From NCBI GenBank assembly GCA_051954955.1, contig JBQCHF010000072.1:13319-77318 (forward strand): a DNA stretch of 64,000 nucleotides, written 5' to 3'. Positions within the stretch are counted from its first letter, which is position 1. Each line of letters opens with the position of its first letter. This stretch comes from Motilibacteraceae bacterium (GTDB taxonomy: Bacteria > Actinomycetota > Actinomycetes > Motilibacterales > Motilibacteraceae). The position numbers and the translations under genes are program-made. Of the stretch, positions 9,502 to 17,918 are shown in pieces. The notes beneath the pieces are model-generated. The model searched no databases. It saw nothing but the letters and a program-made list of their open reading frames with translations, and was not told the DNA's origin.

Positions 9502-10404
9502 TCAGCCGGCGGCCGACGTCGGCGCGATCTTGGGAAGCAGCGCCCGGTCCTCGGGCGGCAGCGTGGACAGGACGGTGATCTCGACCCGGCGGTTGACCCG
9601 GTTGGCGACCTCGCCAGTGCCGGGGATGAGCGGGCGCTGGTCGGCGTAGCCGGTGGCGGAGAGCCGGTGCGCCGCCACGCCGTCGACGATGAGGGTGCGG
9701 ACCACGGTGACGGCTCGGGCCGAGCTGAGCTCCCACTCGGTGGGGAAGTACTTGGGCTTCACGGGCACCAGGTTGGTGTGGCCGTCGACCGCGATGTCGT
9801 TGGGCAGCTTGGTCAGCACCGGCGAGACCACCGCGAGCACCTTCGCGCCCAGGGGCGAGAGCTCGGCGCGGTCGGCGGCGAACACCACCTCGTCGGTGAT
9901 GACGCTGACCACCAGGCCGCGCTCGTCGTAGCGGTACTCCGCGGTGTCCTTGAGCCCGGCCTTGGCCAGGGCCGCCTGCAGGTCCTTGCGGACCTGCTCG
10001 AGGTTCTTGACCTCCTGCTCGACCCGCTGGCGCTGCGCGTCGGCCTGCGCGCTCTTGTACTGGCTGACCGCCGCCGACTGCTTGGCGTCCCCCTGAGCCG
10101 GGTCCTTCGGCTGGGAGGCGGCGGCGCCGATCTCGAACGCGCCGGGAGCGATGGCGTCGGCGTTGATGGCGCTCTGGCCGCCGTCGTTGACGATGACCGG
10201 GGCGCCAAAGCCCTGGGCCAGGCCGTCCTTGAGCGCCTTGAACTTGTGCTGGTCCACCTGGCTGATCGCGAACAGCACGATGAACAGCACCATGAGCAGG
10301 GTGATCATGTCCGCGTAGGTGACCAGCCAGCGCTCGTGGTTCTCGTGCTCCTCCTCGTGACCCGCGCGCTTCTTGCGCGGGCGGGCGGCCGCGTGCGTGG
10401 CCAT
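9502..10404 (-). CDS. motB: Flagellar stator protein MotB (OmpA-like peptidoglycan-binding C-domain)
   Basis: I start at ATG 10404 (MATHAAARPRKKRAGHEEEHENHERWLVTYADMITLLMVLFIVLFAIS), which includes the conserved plug/TM region with Asp. The C-terminus reads ...VDGHTNLVPV...WELSSARAVTVVRTL...GYADQRPL...NRRVEI. Track ORF codons upstream of 10404 overlap motA out of frame. Confidence 0.9.
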   Translation of the reverse strand: MATHAAARPRKKRAGHEEEHENHERWLVTYADMITLLMVLFIVLFAISQVDQHKFKALKDGLAQGFGAPVIVNDGGQSAINADAIAPGAFEIGAAASQPKDPAQGDAKQSAAVSQYKSAQADAQRQRVEQEVKNLEQVRKDLQAALAKAGLKDTAEYRYDERGLVVSVITDEVVFAADRAELSPLGAKVLAVVSPVLTKLPNDIAVDGHTNLVPVKPKYFPTEWELSSARAVTVVRTLIVDGVAAHRLSATGYADQRPLIPGTGEVANRVNRRVEITVLSTLPPEDRALLPKIAPTSAAG

Positions 10405-10406
10405 GC

Positions 10407-11174
10407 TCAGGCCGCCTTCTTGGCCGGCTCGGCAGGGGGCAGCAGCGACCGGAGCTTCTGCGCCACCAGCCGCGGGTTGCTGCCGGCCTGGATCGCCATG
10501 ATCCCCTCGATGACCAGCTCCATCGAGTGCGACTCGAGCTCGCTGATCCGCGCGATCCGCTTGCCCAGCGGGAGCCACATGATGTTGGCGGTCATGACGC
10601 CCCACAGGGTGGCGACGAAGGCGCCGGCGATGAGGTGGCCGAGCTTGTCCGGCTCGCTGAGGTTCTCCAGCACGTGGACCAGGCCGAGGACGGTGCCGAT
10701 GATGCCGATCGTGGGGGCGTAACCACCCATGTCGGCGAAGAACTTGGACGCGTTCTTGTCCACGCCCTTCTTCGCGCTCAGCTCGGCCTCGAGGATCTCG
10801 CGCAGCTCCTCGGGGTCGGTGCCGTCGATGGCCAGCTCGAGGCCGCGCTTGAGGAACGGGTCGGTCACGTCGCGGGCGGCGTCCTCCAGGGCCAGCAGGC
10901 CCTCACGGCGGGCGCGCTCGGCGAGGGAGACCACGGTGGCGACGATCTCGTCCGGCGGGGCCGGCTTGGCCATGACGAAGCGCTGCAGGCCCTTGAGGGT
11001 GCCCAGCGTGTCGGGCAGCGTGCTGCCGGCCATGGCGGCGCCGAAGGTGCCGAGGAAGACCAGGACGATCGGCGGGATCAGGATGATGCCCATCGGGTTG
11101 CCGCCCTCGAGGATCATCGACCCGAAGATCCCCGCGAAGGCCATGCCGATGCCGGCGAGCGTTGCCGGATCCAC
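10407..11174 (-). CDS. motA: Flagellar stator protein MotA
   Basis: Sequence: MDPATLAGIGMAFAGIFGSMILEGGNPMGIIL... and ...GGYAPTIGIIGTVLGLVHVLENL...GAFVATLWGVMTANIMWLPL. This matches the MotA/TolQ/ExbB family. Confidence 0.95.
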   Translation of the reverse strand: MDPATLAGIGMAFAGIFGSMILEGGNPMGIILIPPIVLVFLGTFGAAMAGSTLPDTLGTLKGLQRFVMAKPAPPDEIVATVVSLAERARREGLLALEDAARDVTDPFLKRGLELAIDGTDPEELREILEAELSAKKGVDKNASKFFADMGGYAPTIGIIGTVLGLVHVLENLSEPDKLGHLIAGAFVATLWGVMTANIMWLPLGKRIARISELESHSMELVIEGIMAIQAGSNPRLVAQKLRSLLPPAEPAKKAA

Positions 11175-11177
11175 GGT

Positions 11178-11477
11178 TCAGCCCTCCCAGCGGTGGTGCA
11201 ACGGCACCACGGTCGCGGCACTGTCCGGGGGTGGCGCTGCCGCGAGGTGCGGCGGCGGGGTCTCACCCGCCAGCTCCCGCTCGAGCAGGTAAGAGCGAGC
11301 CACGACCGAGGCGCGGAAGTCGCGCACCCGCTCCATGATCTCCTCGACCGGCTCCTGCACGACGTACTTGGTGCCGTCGACGAGCGTGACCACGGTGTCG
11401 GGGGTGCTCTCAGCGCGCTCCACCAGGTCCGGGTTCACGGCGAAAGCCGCCCCGTTCAGGCGCGTCAGAAGAATCAC
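11178..11477 (-). CDS. flbD: Flagellar protein FlbD
   Basis: GTG 11477 gives VILLTRLNGAAFAVNPDLVERAESTPDTVVTLVDGTKYVVQEPVEEIMERVRDF, a close match to the FlbD family pattern (MI.LTRLNG..F.LN.DLIE.IE.TPDTVITL..G.KY.V.ES.EEV). Position upstream of motA, as in spirochaetes and Firmicutes. The upstream part of track ORF 11178..11696 is an artefact of the palindrome. Confidence 0.8.
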   Translation of the reverse strand: MILLTRLNGAAFAVNPDLVERAESTPDTVVTLVDGTKYVVQEPVEEIMERVRDFRASVVARSYLLERELAGETPPPHLAAAPPPDSAATVVPLHHRWEG

Positions 11478-11640
11478 GTCAATCCGTCCCTGGATCGATT
11501 CGTCGAGGCCGATCCGTCGGCCCTGTACACCGACGATCGGTAGGAGGAGGCCCTGACTGAGCAACTGGGGCCGGTCCCGGCCCCTCGTCACCCGTTCGGG
11601 TGTGCAGGCCGCGTCGCCGCGACGTCGATGCGGCGGAATT

Positions 11641-11691
11641 GGGTGAGGGGCACCCCGTGCCAAACCTATTGGCACAGGGTGCCCCTCACCC
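11641..11691 (-). terminator. Long stem-loop (23 positions, 5-nt loop) 45 nt downstream of the flgE stop; attenuator, terminator or mRNA stabiliser
   Basis: Plus-strand sequence: GGGTGAGGGGCACCCCGTGCCAA-accta-TTGGCACAGGGTGCCCCTCACCC. The single non-Watson-Crick position is C.A on the plus strand. It becomes a G.U wobble in the minus-sense (operon-sense) RNA. No U-tract follows. Confidence 0.6.
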
Positions 11692-11733
11692 AACACGGAC
11701 GATCTTCGTCCAGCCTCAAGCCGCGGTCAGTGC

Positions 11734-12936
11734 TCAGCGCTTCATATTGACGAGGTCCTGGAGAATCTCGTCGCTGGCGGTGATGACCCGCGAGTTCGCC
11801 TGGAAGCCGCGCTGGGCCACGATGAGGTTGGTGAACTCCTGGGCGAGGTCCACGTTGCTCATCTCCAGCGCGCCGGAGCTGAGCAGGCCGCGTCCTCCCG
11901 AGCCGGCGGTGCCCAGCTGCGGGGTGCCGCTGTTCACCGTGTTCCGGTACATCGAGGAGCCCACCTTCTCCAGGCCCGGCGGGTTGTTGAAGCTGGCCAG
12001 GGCGATCTGCGCCAGCGGCTGCTTGAGGCCGTTGGAGAAGACGCCGACCAGCGTGCCGTCGGGCGAGAGCGAGAACGCCTGCAGCGAACCCATCCCCGAG
12101 CCGCTCTGCGAGAGCGCGGCCACGGTGTTGTCGCCGCCGTAGCTGGAGAGCCCGGAGATGTCGACGTTCACGCTGCCCCAGGGAGCGGTCACCGCGGCCG
12201 GGCTCGCCGTCGTCAGCTTCCCGCTGGTGTCGAAGGCGAGGGGGACGGTGGTGGCCGAGCCGCCGTCGATCGACGTTGCGAGCGACCAGGTGACGGGGTC
12301 GGTCGGCGTCGCGCCGGGGGTCGGGGTGAACGTGTAGGAGAGCTGGTGCGAGGTCCCCTGCGGGTCGTAGACCGTGATAGAGGAGACGATCGGGTCTTTT
12401 GCTCCGGCAGGGAGGTTTCCGCCCACCGCCGCGGCATCGGTCGCCTTCGGCGCCAGCAGCGTCCCGATCGGCAGGCGCACGTCGCCGGCCGAGGCGTTGG
12501 TGTTGATGACGCCGTTCGCCGCGGTCCAACCCTGCACCACCGCGCCCTCGGGCGAGACCAGCCGGCCGTCGCTGTCGAAGTTGAAGGCGCCGGCACGGGT
12601 GTAGAGGTTCTCCGCGCCCTGGCGGACGGTGAAGAAGCCGTCGCCCTGGATCATCAGGTCGGTGGTGCGCCCGGTGGTCTGCGCGGCGCCCTGGCCGAAG
12701 TTGGTGTTGACGCCGGCCAGCCGCACGCCCAGACCCACCTGGGCCGGGTTGGTGCCGCCCAGGCCCGCCTGGGGAGCACCGGCGCCCTTGAGCAGCTGGC
12801 TCAGGGTGTCCTCGAAGACGGTCTGGCTCGACTTGAAGCCGACGGTGTTGACGTTGGCGATGTTGTTGCCGGTGACGTCCATCATCGTCTGGTGCTGGCG
12901 GAGGCCGCTGATCCCACTGAACAGCGAACGCAGCAT
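11734..12936 (-). CDS. flgE: Flagellar hook protein FlgE
   Basis: N-terminus MLRSLFSGISGLRQHQTMMDVTGNNIANVNTVGFK. C-terminus ALEMSNVDLAQEFTNLIVAQRGFQANSRVITASDEILQDLVNMKR. Both are canonical rod/hook termini. Confidence 0.95.
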   Translation of the reverse strand: MLRSLFSGISGLRQHQTMMDVTGNNIANVNTVGFKSSQTVFEDTLSQLLKGAGAPQAGLGGTNPAQVGLGVRLAGVNTNFGQGAAQTTGRTTDLMIQGDGFFTVRQGAENLYTRAGAFNFDSDGRLVSPEGAVVQGWTAANGVINTNASAGDVRLPIGTLLAPKATDAAAVGGNLPAGAKDPIVSSITVYDPQGTSHQLSYTFTPTPGATPTDPVTWSLATSIDGGSATTVPLAFDTSGKLTTASPAAVTAPWGSVNVDISGLSSYGGDNTVAALSQSGSGMGSLQAFSLSPDGTLVGVFSNGLKQPLAQIALASFNNPPGLEKVGSSMYRNTVNSGTPQLGTAGSGGRGLLSSGALEMSNVDLAQEFTNLIVAQRGFQANSRVITASDEILQDLVNMKR

Positions 12937-13009
12937 GGAGTTCTCCTGGAGGAAGAGGCCCGCGGAAGGCGGGTAGGACGGTCGGGGACGGTGGGCCGGA
13001 GGCCCTCTG

Positions 13010-13483
13010 TCAGCTGCTTCGGACCTCCGTGACCGAGCCGACAGTCACGTCGTCGCCGGTGGCACCCGCGGGGGCGCCCACCGGCAGGACGTGGAGGGAA
13101 GCGCCCGCGGTGCCCAAACGCACCGAGGCGACGGTTCCGGTCTTCGTCGAGCCGTCCGTGGCCGTGTAGTCGACCGTCTTGCCGATCAGCGAGTTGGTGC
13201 CGAGCAGGTTCTGCCCCGCCACCATCTCGGTCATCGCCTTGGCGATGTCGTCGAGCTTCTCGACGCTGTTGAGTTGCGCCGTCTGCGCGATGAACTCCGA
13301 GCCCTGCACGGGGTTCATCGGGTCCTGGTACTTCATCTGCGCCACCAGGAGCTTGAGGAACACGTCCTTGCCCATGGCGCTGTTGTCCGCCGACTTCGCC
13401 GACGACGCGGACGCCTGCTGCCCGGAGAGCGCGGAGGCGACCGTGCTCACCGGAGCGGTGGGGATCGGCGTCGGGCTGGTCAT
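13010..13483 (-). CDS. flgD: Hook assembly/capping protein FlgD
   Basis: Sequence: MGKDVFLKLLVAQMKYQDPMNPVQGSEFIAQTAQLNSVEKL...LIGKTVDY. Confidence 0.9.
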   Translation of the reverse strand: MTSPTPIPTAPVSTVASALSGQQASASSAKSADNSAMGKDVFLKLLVAQMKYQDPMNPVQGSEFIAQTAQLNSVEKLDDIAKAMTEMVAGQNLLGTNSLIGKTVDYTATDGSTKTGTVASVRLGTAGASLHVLPVGAPAGATGDDVTVGSVTEVRSS

Positions 13484-13541
13484 GCGCTGGCCTCCTGGCG
13501 TGAAGCGGGGTGATCGGGACGACGGATGGAATAAGTCGTCA

Positions 13542-15056
13542 TCACACGTGCAGGTCCAAGGACCTGCCCCCTCCTGACCATCGACCGGAGGGTCCCTGAA
13601 CCAAAGAATCCTCAGACTGTGCTTGCCGACCGAGCGATCCCCAAGCCGGCGCCGAAGAGCGGCCCGATGTGTCCGACCGACCGTCGGAGAAGCCTGAGGC
13701 GCCGGCCCACGAGGGCTGGCCGCCGGAGCCGGGTAGGTCCGAGCGGACGTCGAGCCGGCCGGTGGTCACACCGGCGTCCTCCAGCACCCGCCGCAGGTCC
13801 GGCAGGGCAGCACGCAGGGCGTCCCGCCCAGCCTCGCTGCTCCCGGCGAGTGCGAGGTCCAGCTGGCCGTGGTGCAGCTGCACGGTGAGCCGCACGGGGC
13901 CGATCTCGTCGGGGGTGAGCGTGACGACGACGCGGTGGGTGCCGTCCACGCCCCGGCGGTAGACCGCGGCCACCTGGGGCAGCAGCTGCGCGGCGGTGGC
14001 CGCCGGAGCCGGCGGAGCGGGCTGGGCCGGGGTGGCCGCCGCGGCCGGCTGCGTGGCCGGCGTGGTCAGTGGCTGCGCCGCGCCGGGGGTCAGGGCACTC
14101 ACCGGGACGCCGGTGTCGCTGGTGCCAGCACCTGCCTGGGCCGGTTCGATCGTGTTCGCTGCCGGGGCACCGGGTGCCGCTGCTGACGTCGCCGGGGCAA
14201 CCGGCAGGGTGGTGGCGGCGTCGGCGCCATCCTGACCGTCCCCGCTGGCTGCGTGCCTGTCGGTGGCGGTCGCGCCGCGCGATCCGGTCCGCGAGGGCGT
14301 GCCGGCGGCCGTGGGTGAGCTGGGCGCAGCCGGGATAGCCGGGGAGGCGGGAGTGGCGGGGGTCGCCGGCGTGGCCGGAGTCCCGGGGGTGGCCCCGGTG
14401 CTCGCCACGGCCGGCTTCGCACCTTCGGCGCCGTGAGCGGCCGCGGCAGGGGTGGCCGGAGCCCCCGCAGGGGCGCCGACCGGGCCGGGGGCACCGACAG
14501 CGGTGACGCCATCCGCGGCCGGCGTCGACGCAGCGGTCCCGCCGGCGACTGCGGGGGTTCCACCCGCGATGGCCGTGCCGGCGGCTGCGACGACCGGCTG
14601 ACCGGCTGCCATCGCGGCTGCAGCCGGGTCCGGCACCGCAGCGGCGGCAGCGCCGGGCTGGCCCGGTGCTCCGCCCGCCGCGGAGGCGTCGGCGGGCATG
14701 GCGGCGTCAGCGCCGGCGGACCCCTGCGACCGGTCCGACTCGTCGTCGTGGTGGTCGGCCCGCGCGTGAGCCTCAGAGCGCGAGGCAGCGTGCGCGTCCC
14801 GCCCCGGGCGCTCAGCACGCCGGGAGCGGTCCGTGCGGTCTGTGCGGTCAGTGCGATCAGGGCGCTCGGCTCGCTCGGCGGCCCCTCGCTCGCTCCGGTC
14901 GTCGCGGTCGCGGCCGGAGACGGGGCTGTCCTGCTGGGCGCGGTCCAGGTGGTCGGCGAACGCGTCGGGGCGCTCCGCACCGTCACTGCGAGGCGAGCGC
15001 TCCGGCGAACGGGCGGGGGCCGTCGGTGCAGGGGCCAGAGCGGGGAGGGCGGTCAT
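13542..15056 (-). CDS. fliK: Hook-length control protein FliK (Ala/Pro-rich ruler plus C-terminal Flg_hook domain)
   Basis: Start ATG 15056 forms an ATGA overlap with the preceding gene's stop. The C-terminus reads GTHRVVVTLTPDEIGPVRLTVQLHHGQLDLALAGSSEAGRDALRAALPDLRRVLEDAGV, the FliK C-domain pattern. The middle is low-complexity A/P/T. The N-terminal 463 codons of track ORF 13542..16445 are out-of-frame read-through. Confidence 0.75.
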   Translation of the reverse strand: MTALPALAPAPTAPARSPERSPRSDGAERPDAFADHLDRAQQDSPVSGRDRDDRSERGAAERAERPDRTDRTDRTDRSRRAERPGRDAHAASRSEAHARADHHDDESDRSQGSAGADAAMPADASAAGGAPGQPGAAAAAVPDPAAAAMAAGQPVVAAAGTAIAGGTPAVAGGTAASTPAADGVTAVGAPGPVGAPAGAPATPAAAAHGAEGAKPAVASTGATPGTPATPATPATPASPAIPAAPSSPTAAGTPSRTGSRGATATDRHAASGDGQDGADAATTLPVAPATSAAAPGAPAANTIEPAQAGAGTSDTGVPVSALTPGAAQPLTTPATQPAAAATPAQPAPPAPAATAAQLLPQVAAVYRRGVDGTHRVVVTLTPDEIGPVRLTVQLHHGQLDLALAGSSEAGRDALRAALPDLRRVLEDAGVTTGRLDVRSDLPGSGGQPSWAGASGFSDGRSDTSGRSSAPAWGSLGRQAQSEDSLVQGPSGRWSGGGRSLDLHV

Positions 15057-16144
15057 GCGGGGCTCCTTCCAGCGAGGGAGAGGACCTTGCTGACGTAGGC
15101 CTGGGTCTCGGGGTAGGGCGGAATGCCGCCAGCCTGCTTCACCGCGCCGGAGCCGGCGTTGTAGGCGGCCAGCGCGAGGTCGGTGCGGCCGCCGAACTCC
15201 TTCTGGAGCGAGGCGAGCAGGCGGGCCGCGCCGGCGATGGCTTGGTCCGGCTGCATCGGATCGACGCCAAGGGTGCGGGCGGTGGCCGGCATGAGCTGCA
15301 TGAGTCCCTGCGCCCCGGCCGGGCTGACCGCGTCGGCACGGAACCCGGACTCGGTCTGGGCCACGGCCGTCAGCAGCTGCAGCGGGACGCCGGTGGCGGC
15401 GGAGGCGGCGCGGAACGAAGCGGCGTACGGCGCCGCGTCGGCCGGGAGCCCGGCTGCCGCGGAGGAGGCGCTCGCCCAGGCGGGCATCGAGGCGGCCTGC
15501 TGGACGACGGTGCCGCCGCTGCTGGCCACACCGTCGGGGGTGTCCGGGGCGACCCGCCGGATGGCCAGCACGCCCGAGGGAACCGTGACGACGTCGACGT
15601 TCTTGCCCGGACGGGGCGCCTGCACCATGCGGTTGTCGCCGAGGTAGATGCCGACGTGGTCGATGCCGGGCTGCTTGGTGCCGTTGTCGAAGAACAGCAG
15701 GTCGCCGGGCTGGGCGGCGGCCAGGGACGGCACGGCGACGCCGGCGCGGGCCTGGTCCGCGGCCACCCGGGGCAGCGGCACGCCGAGCTGGCGGTAGACG
15801 ACCTGCACCAGGCCGGAGCAGTCCAGCCCGGTGCGCGGGTCGGTGCCGCCCCAGACGTAGGGGACGCCGACGTAGCTGGTCGCCAGGTCCGCGGCCCGGC
15901 GGCCGACGCTCGCACCGCTGGTGGTCAGAGCCGGAGTCGGGGAGGTGCCGCCCAGCGCGAGCGCGTCGGTGGCGGCGGACAGGTCGGTGCCGAAGTCGCC
16001 CGTCGTCGCCAGCGCGGCCGAGCTCTCCGACACGCTGTCGGAGGAAGGCGGGACGACGCTGGGGCCGGCCAGGAACCCGAAGCGGGACTGGATGGCGGCG
16101 ATGCGGCTCTGCACGTCGGCGACGGCCGGGAAGGACATGCTCAT
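15053..16144 (-). CDS. Bifunctional peptidoglycan hydrolase: NlpC/P60 endopeptidase domain plus SLT lytic transglycosylase domain
   Basis: Start ATG 16144 forms an ATGA overlap with the fliJ stop. P60 motifs: YVWGGTDPRTGLDCSGLVQVVY...DLLFF...IDHVGIYLGDNRMVQAP. SLT motifs: AVAQTESGFRADAVSPAGAQGLMQLMPATA...LALAAYNAGSGAV. Confidence 0.85.
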   Translation of the reverse strand: MSMSFPAVADVQSRIAAIQSRFGFLAGPSVVPPSSDSVSESSAALATTGDFGTDLSAATDALALGGTSPTPALTTSGASVGRRAADLATSYVGVPYVWGGTDPRTGLDCSGLVQVVYRQLGVPLPRVAADQARAGVAVPSLAAAQPGDLLFFDNGTKQPGIDHVGIYLGDNRMVQAPRPGKNVDVVTVPSGVLAIRRVAPDTPDGVASSGGTVVQQAASMPAWASASSAAAGLPADAAPYAASFRAASAATGVPLQLLTAVAQTESGFRADAVSPAGAQGLMQLMPATARTLGVDPMQPDQAIAGAARLLASLQKEFGGRTDLALAAYNAGSGAVKQAGGIPPYPETQAYVSKVLSLAGRSPA

Positions 16145-16584
16145 CGCGCACCCTCCGGGCCACTCGAGCCATTCGGACGGCGGTAGCTGGCCCGCTCGTC
16201 GAGCTCGCGCTGCTCCGCGCGCTCGTCCTCGAGGCGCACAGCCTCGGCGTGCCGTTCGGCCAGCCGCTCCACACCGCGAGCCGCCGCGCGGGCCGCCGAC
16301 CACTGGTCCAGTGCACCGGCCACGCCGGCCTCGCGCTCGCGCCGCGCGGTACGGGCCGCGGCGGCGTCGTGGGCCAGGGACAGGCGGGCGCTCGTGGTGG
16401 CGACCCAGTCCACGTAGGTGGCGCTCTCCGGGGCCACCCCGCCATCCAGGCGAACCTCCAGCTCCTGCTCGCGCTGCACGGCGAGCGCCAGCTCGGCGCG
16501 GGCGGCGGCCACCGCGGCGGCGGCCTTGTCCTCCTGCACCTTGCGCACGCGCAGCACGGCGGCCAGCGGGAACCTGCGGTTCAT
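16141..16584 (-). CDS. fliJ: Flagellar export chaperone/stalk protein FliJ
   Basis: Start ATG 16584 forms an ATGA overlap with the fliI stop. Sequence MNRRFPLAAVLRVRKVQEDKAAAAVAAARAEL... is coiled-coil, and position and size are typical of FliJ. Confidence 0.7.
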   Translation of the reverse strand: MNRRFPLAAVLRVRKVQEDKAAAAVAAARAELALAVQREQELEVRLDGGVAPESATYVDWVATTSARLSLAHDAAAARTARREREAGVAGALDQWSAARAAARGVERLAERHAEAVRLEDERAEQRELDERASYRRPNGSSGPEGAR

Positions 16585-17918
16585 GCGGCGACCCCGAGCG
16601 GTCCGCGGCCGAGCAGCTCGCCGAGGTGGTTCCACGCCGACGCCGCGTCGGAGCGCTCGTCGAGGTCCTGGCGGAGGAAGCCGTCGATCTGCTGGCGGAG
16701 CATGACCGCGCGGTCGACGTCGGGGTTGGTGCCGGCGGCGTAGGCGCCGATCTCGAGCAGCTCGCGGGCGTCGCGGTGCGCGGCCATCAGCCGGCGCAGC
16801 TCGACGGCGGCCTCGCGCTGCGGGCGCGAGGTGACCGCGTTGGCGACCCGGGAGACCGACTCGAGCACGTCGATGCTCGGGAAGTGCCCGGCGGTGGCCA
16901 GCCGGCGGGTGAGCACGACGTGGCCGTCGAGGATCGAGCGGGCGGCGTCGCCGATGGGCTCGTTGTGGTCGTCGCCCTCCACCAGCACCGTGTAGATGCC
17001 GGTGATGCTGCCGCGCTCCCCCGGCCCGGCCCGCTCGAGCAGCTTGGGCAGCAGGGCGAACGTGCTCGGCGGGTAGCCGCGGGTGGCCGGCGGCTCGCCG
17101 GCCGAGAGGCCCACCTCGCGCTGAGCCATGGCCATGCGGGTGAGCGAATCCATCATCAGGACGACGTCGCGGCCCTCGTCACGGAACCACTCGGCGATGC
17201 GGGTGGCCACGAACGCGGCGCGCAGGCGCACCAGCGGCGGCTCGTCCGAGGTGGCCACGACGACGACGGAGCGGGCCAGGCCCTCCGGGCCGAGGTCGTT
17301 CTCGAGGAACTCACGCACCTCGCGGCCACGCTCGCCGACCAGGGCGATGACGGACACCTCGGCGTTCGTGCCCCGCGCGATCATCGAGAGCAGGCTCGAC
17401 TTCCCGACGCCGGAGCCGGCGAACACGCCGATGCGCTGGCCGCGGCCGACCGGGATCAGCGAGTCCATCGCGCGCACCCCGACCGACAGCTGACGCTCAA
17501 CCCGACCGCGCAGCAGCGGGTTGGGCGCGCTGGCGTCGACCGGCACGGTGGGTAGCCCGTCCAGCGCCGGGCCGCCGTCGATCGGGCGGCCCAGGCCGTC
17601 GAGCACACGACCCCGAAGTGCCTCTCCTACGGAGACTCGGAGAGCAGAACCGGTTGCGAGCACCGGAAGACCAGCGCGGATGCCGCTGACCGGACCGATC
17701 GGCTGGCAGGCCAGGCCCTCCGGCGTCACCGCGACCACCTCGGCGGCGATGTCACCATCCGGGGCCTTGACCTGGACCAGGTGCCCGACGGCCGCGTGCA
17801 GCCCGCGCACGGTCACGGTGAGGCCGACGACGCCGGTCACCTGGCCGGTGACGAGCGGGGCGGCGGCGCTCAGGGCGCGGTCGAGCCCGGGGAGGTAGCG
17901 GGAGGTGGCGGTGCTCAC
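16581..17918 (-). CDS. fliI: Flagellum-specific ATPase FliI
   Basis: Walker A is GQRIGVFAGSGVGKSSLL. Walker B region is DVVLMMDSLTRMAMAQREV. Overall F1/T3SS ATPase family. Confidence 0.97.
   Translation of the reverse strand: MSTATSRYLPGLDRALSAAAPLVTGQVTGVVGLTVTVRGLHAAVGHLVQVKAPDGDIAAEVVAVTPEGLACQPIGPVSGIRAGLPVLATGSALRVSVGEALRGRVLDGLGRPIDGGPALDGLPTVPVDASAPNPLLRGRVERQLSVGVRAMDSLIPVGRGQRIGVFAGSGVGKSSLLSMIARGTNAEVSVIALVGERGREVREFLENDLGPEGLARSVVVVATSDEPPLVRLRAAFVATRIAEWFRDEGRDVVLMMDSLTRMAMAQREVGLSAGEPPATRGYPPSTFALLPKLLERAGPGERGSITGIYTVLVEGDDHNEPIGDAARSILDGHVVLTRRLATAGHFPSIDVLESVSRVANAVTSRPQREAAVELRRLMAAHRDARELLEIGAYAAGTNPDVDRAVMLRQQIDGFLRQDLDERSDAASAWNHLGELLGRGPLGVAA

Noticed and set aside
8011-10722. 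903-aa plus-strand ORF, and similar giants at 18462..21176, 37624..40275, 40609..43395, 50813..53407 and 61985..63994
   Set aside because: All are antisense to well-supported genes (fliM-motA, fliG-fliF, mcp, cheA, the ABC genes, purL). All are dominated by Gly/Arg/Asp/His/Leu runs and have no family signatures.
11490-11520. GCCGACGG box 36 nt upstream of flbD as an internal sigma-28 promoter
   Set aside because: The -35 position reads CCGA, not TCAG or TAAA. GCCGA alone is frequent in this composition, so the evidence is insufficient.
14300-14900. Short repeats (RTD x3, ATP/PAT runs) as a possible CRISPR or VNTR locus
   Set aside because: They are in-frame low-complexity coding repeats inside fliK. 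There are no spacer-repeat periodicity and no cas genes.
13542-16445. 967-aa minus-strand ORF taken at face value as one giant FliK
   Set aside because: Only the last 504 codons, from ATG 15056, are FliK. The upstream 463 codons are Arg/Pro/Gly junk read out of frame across the P60/SLT and fliJ genes, which have their own coupled starts.
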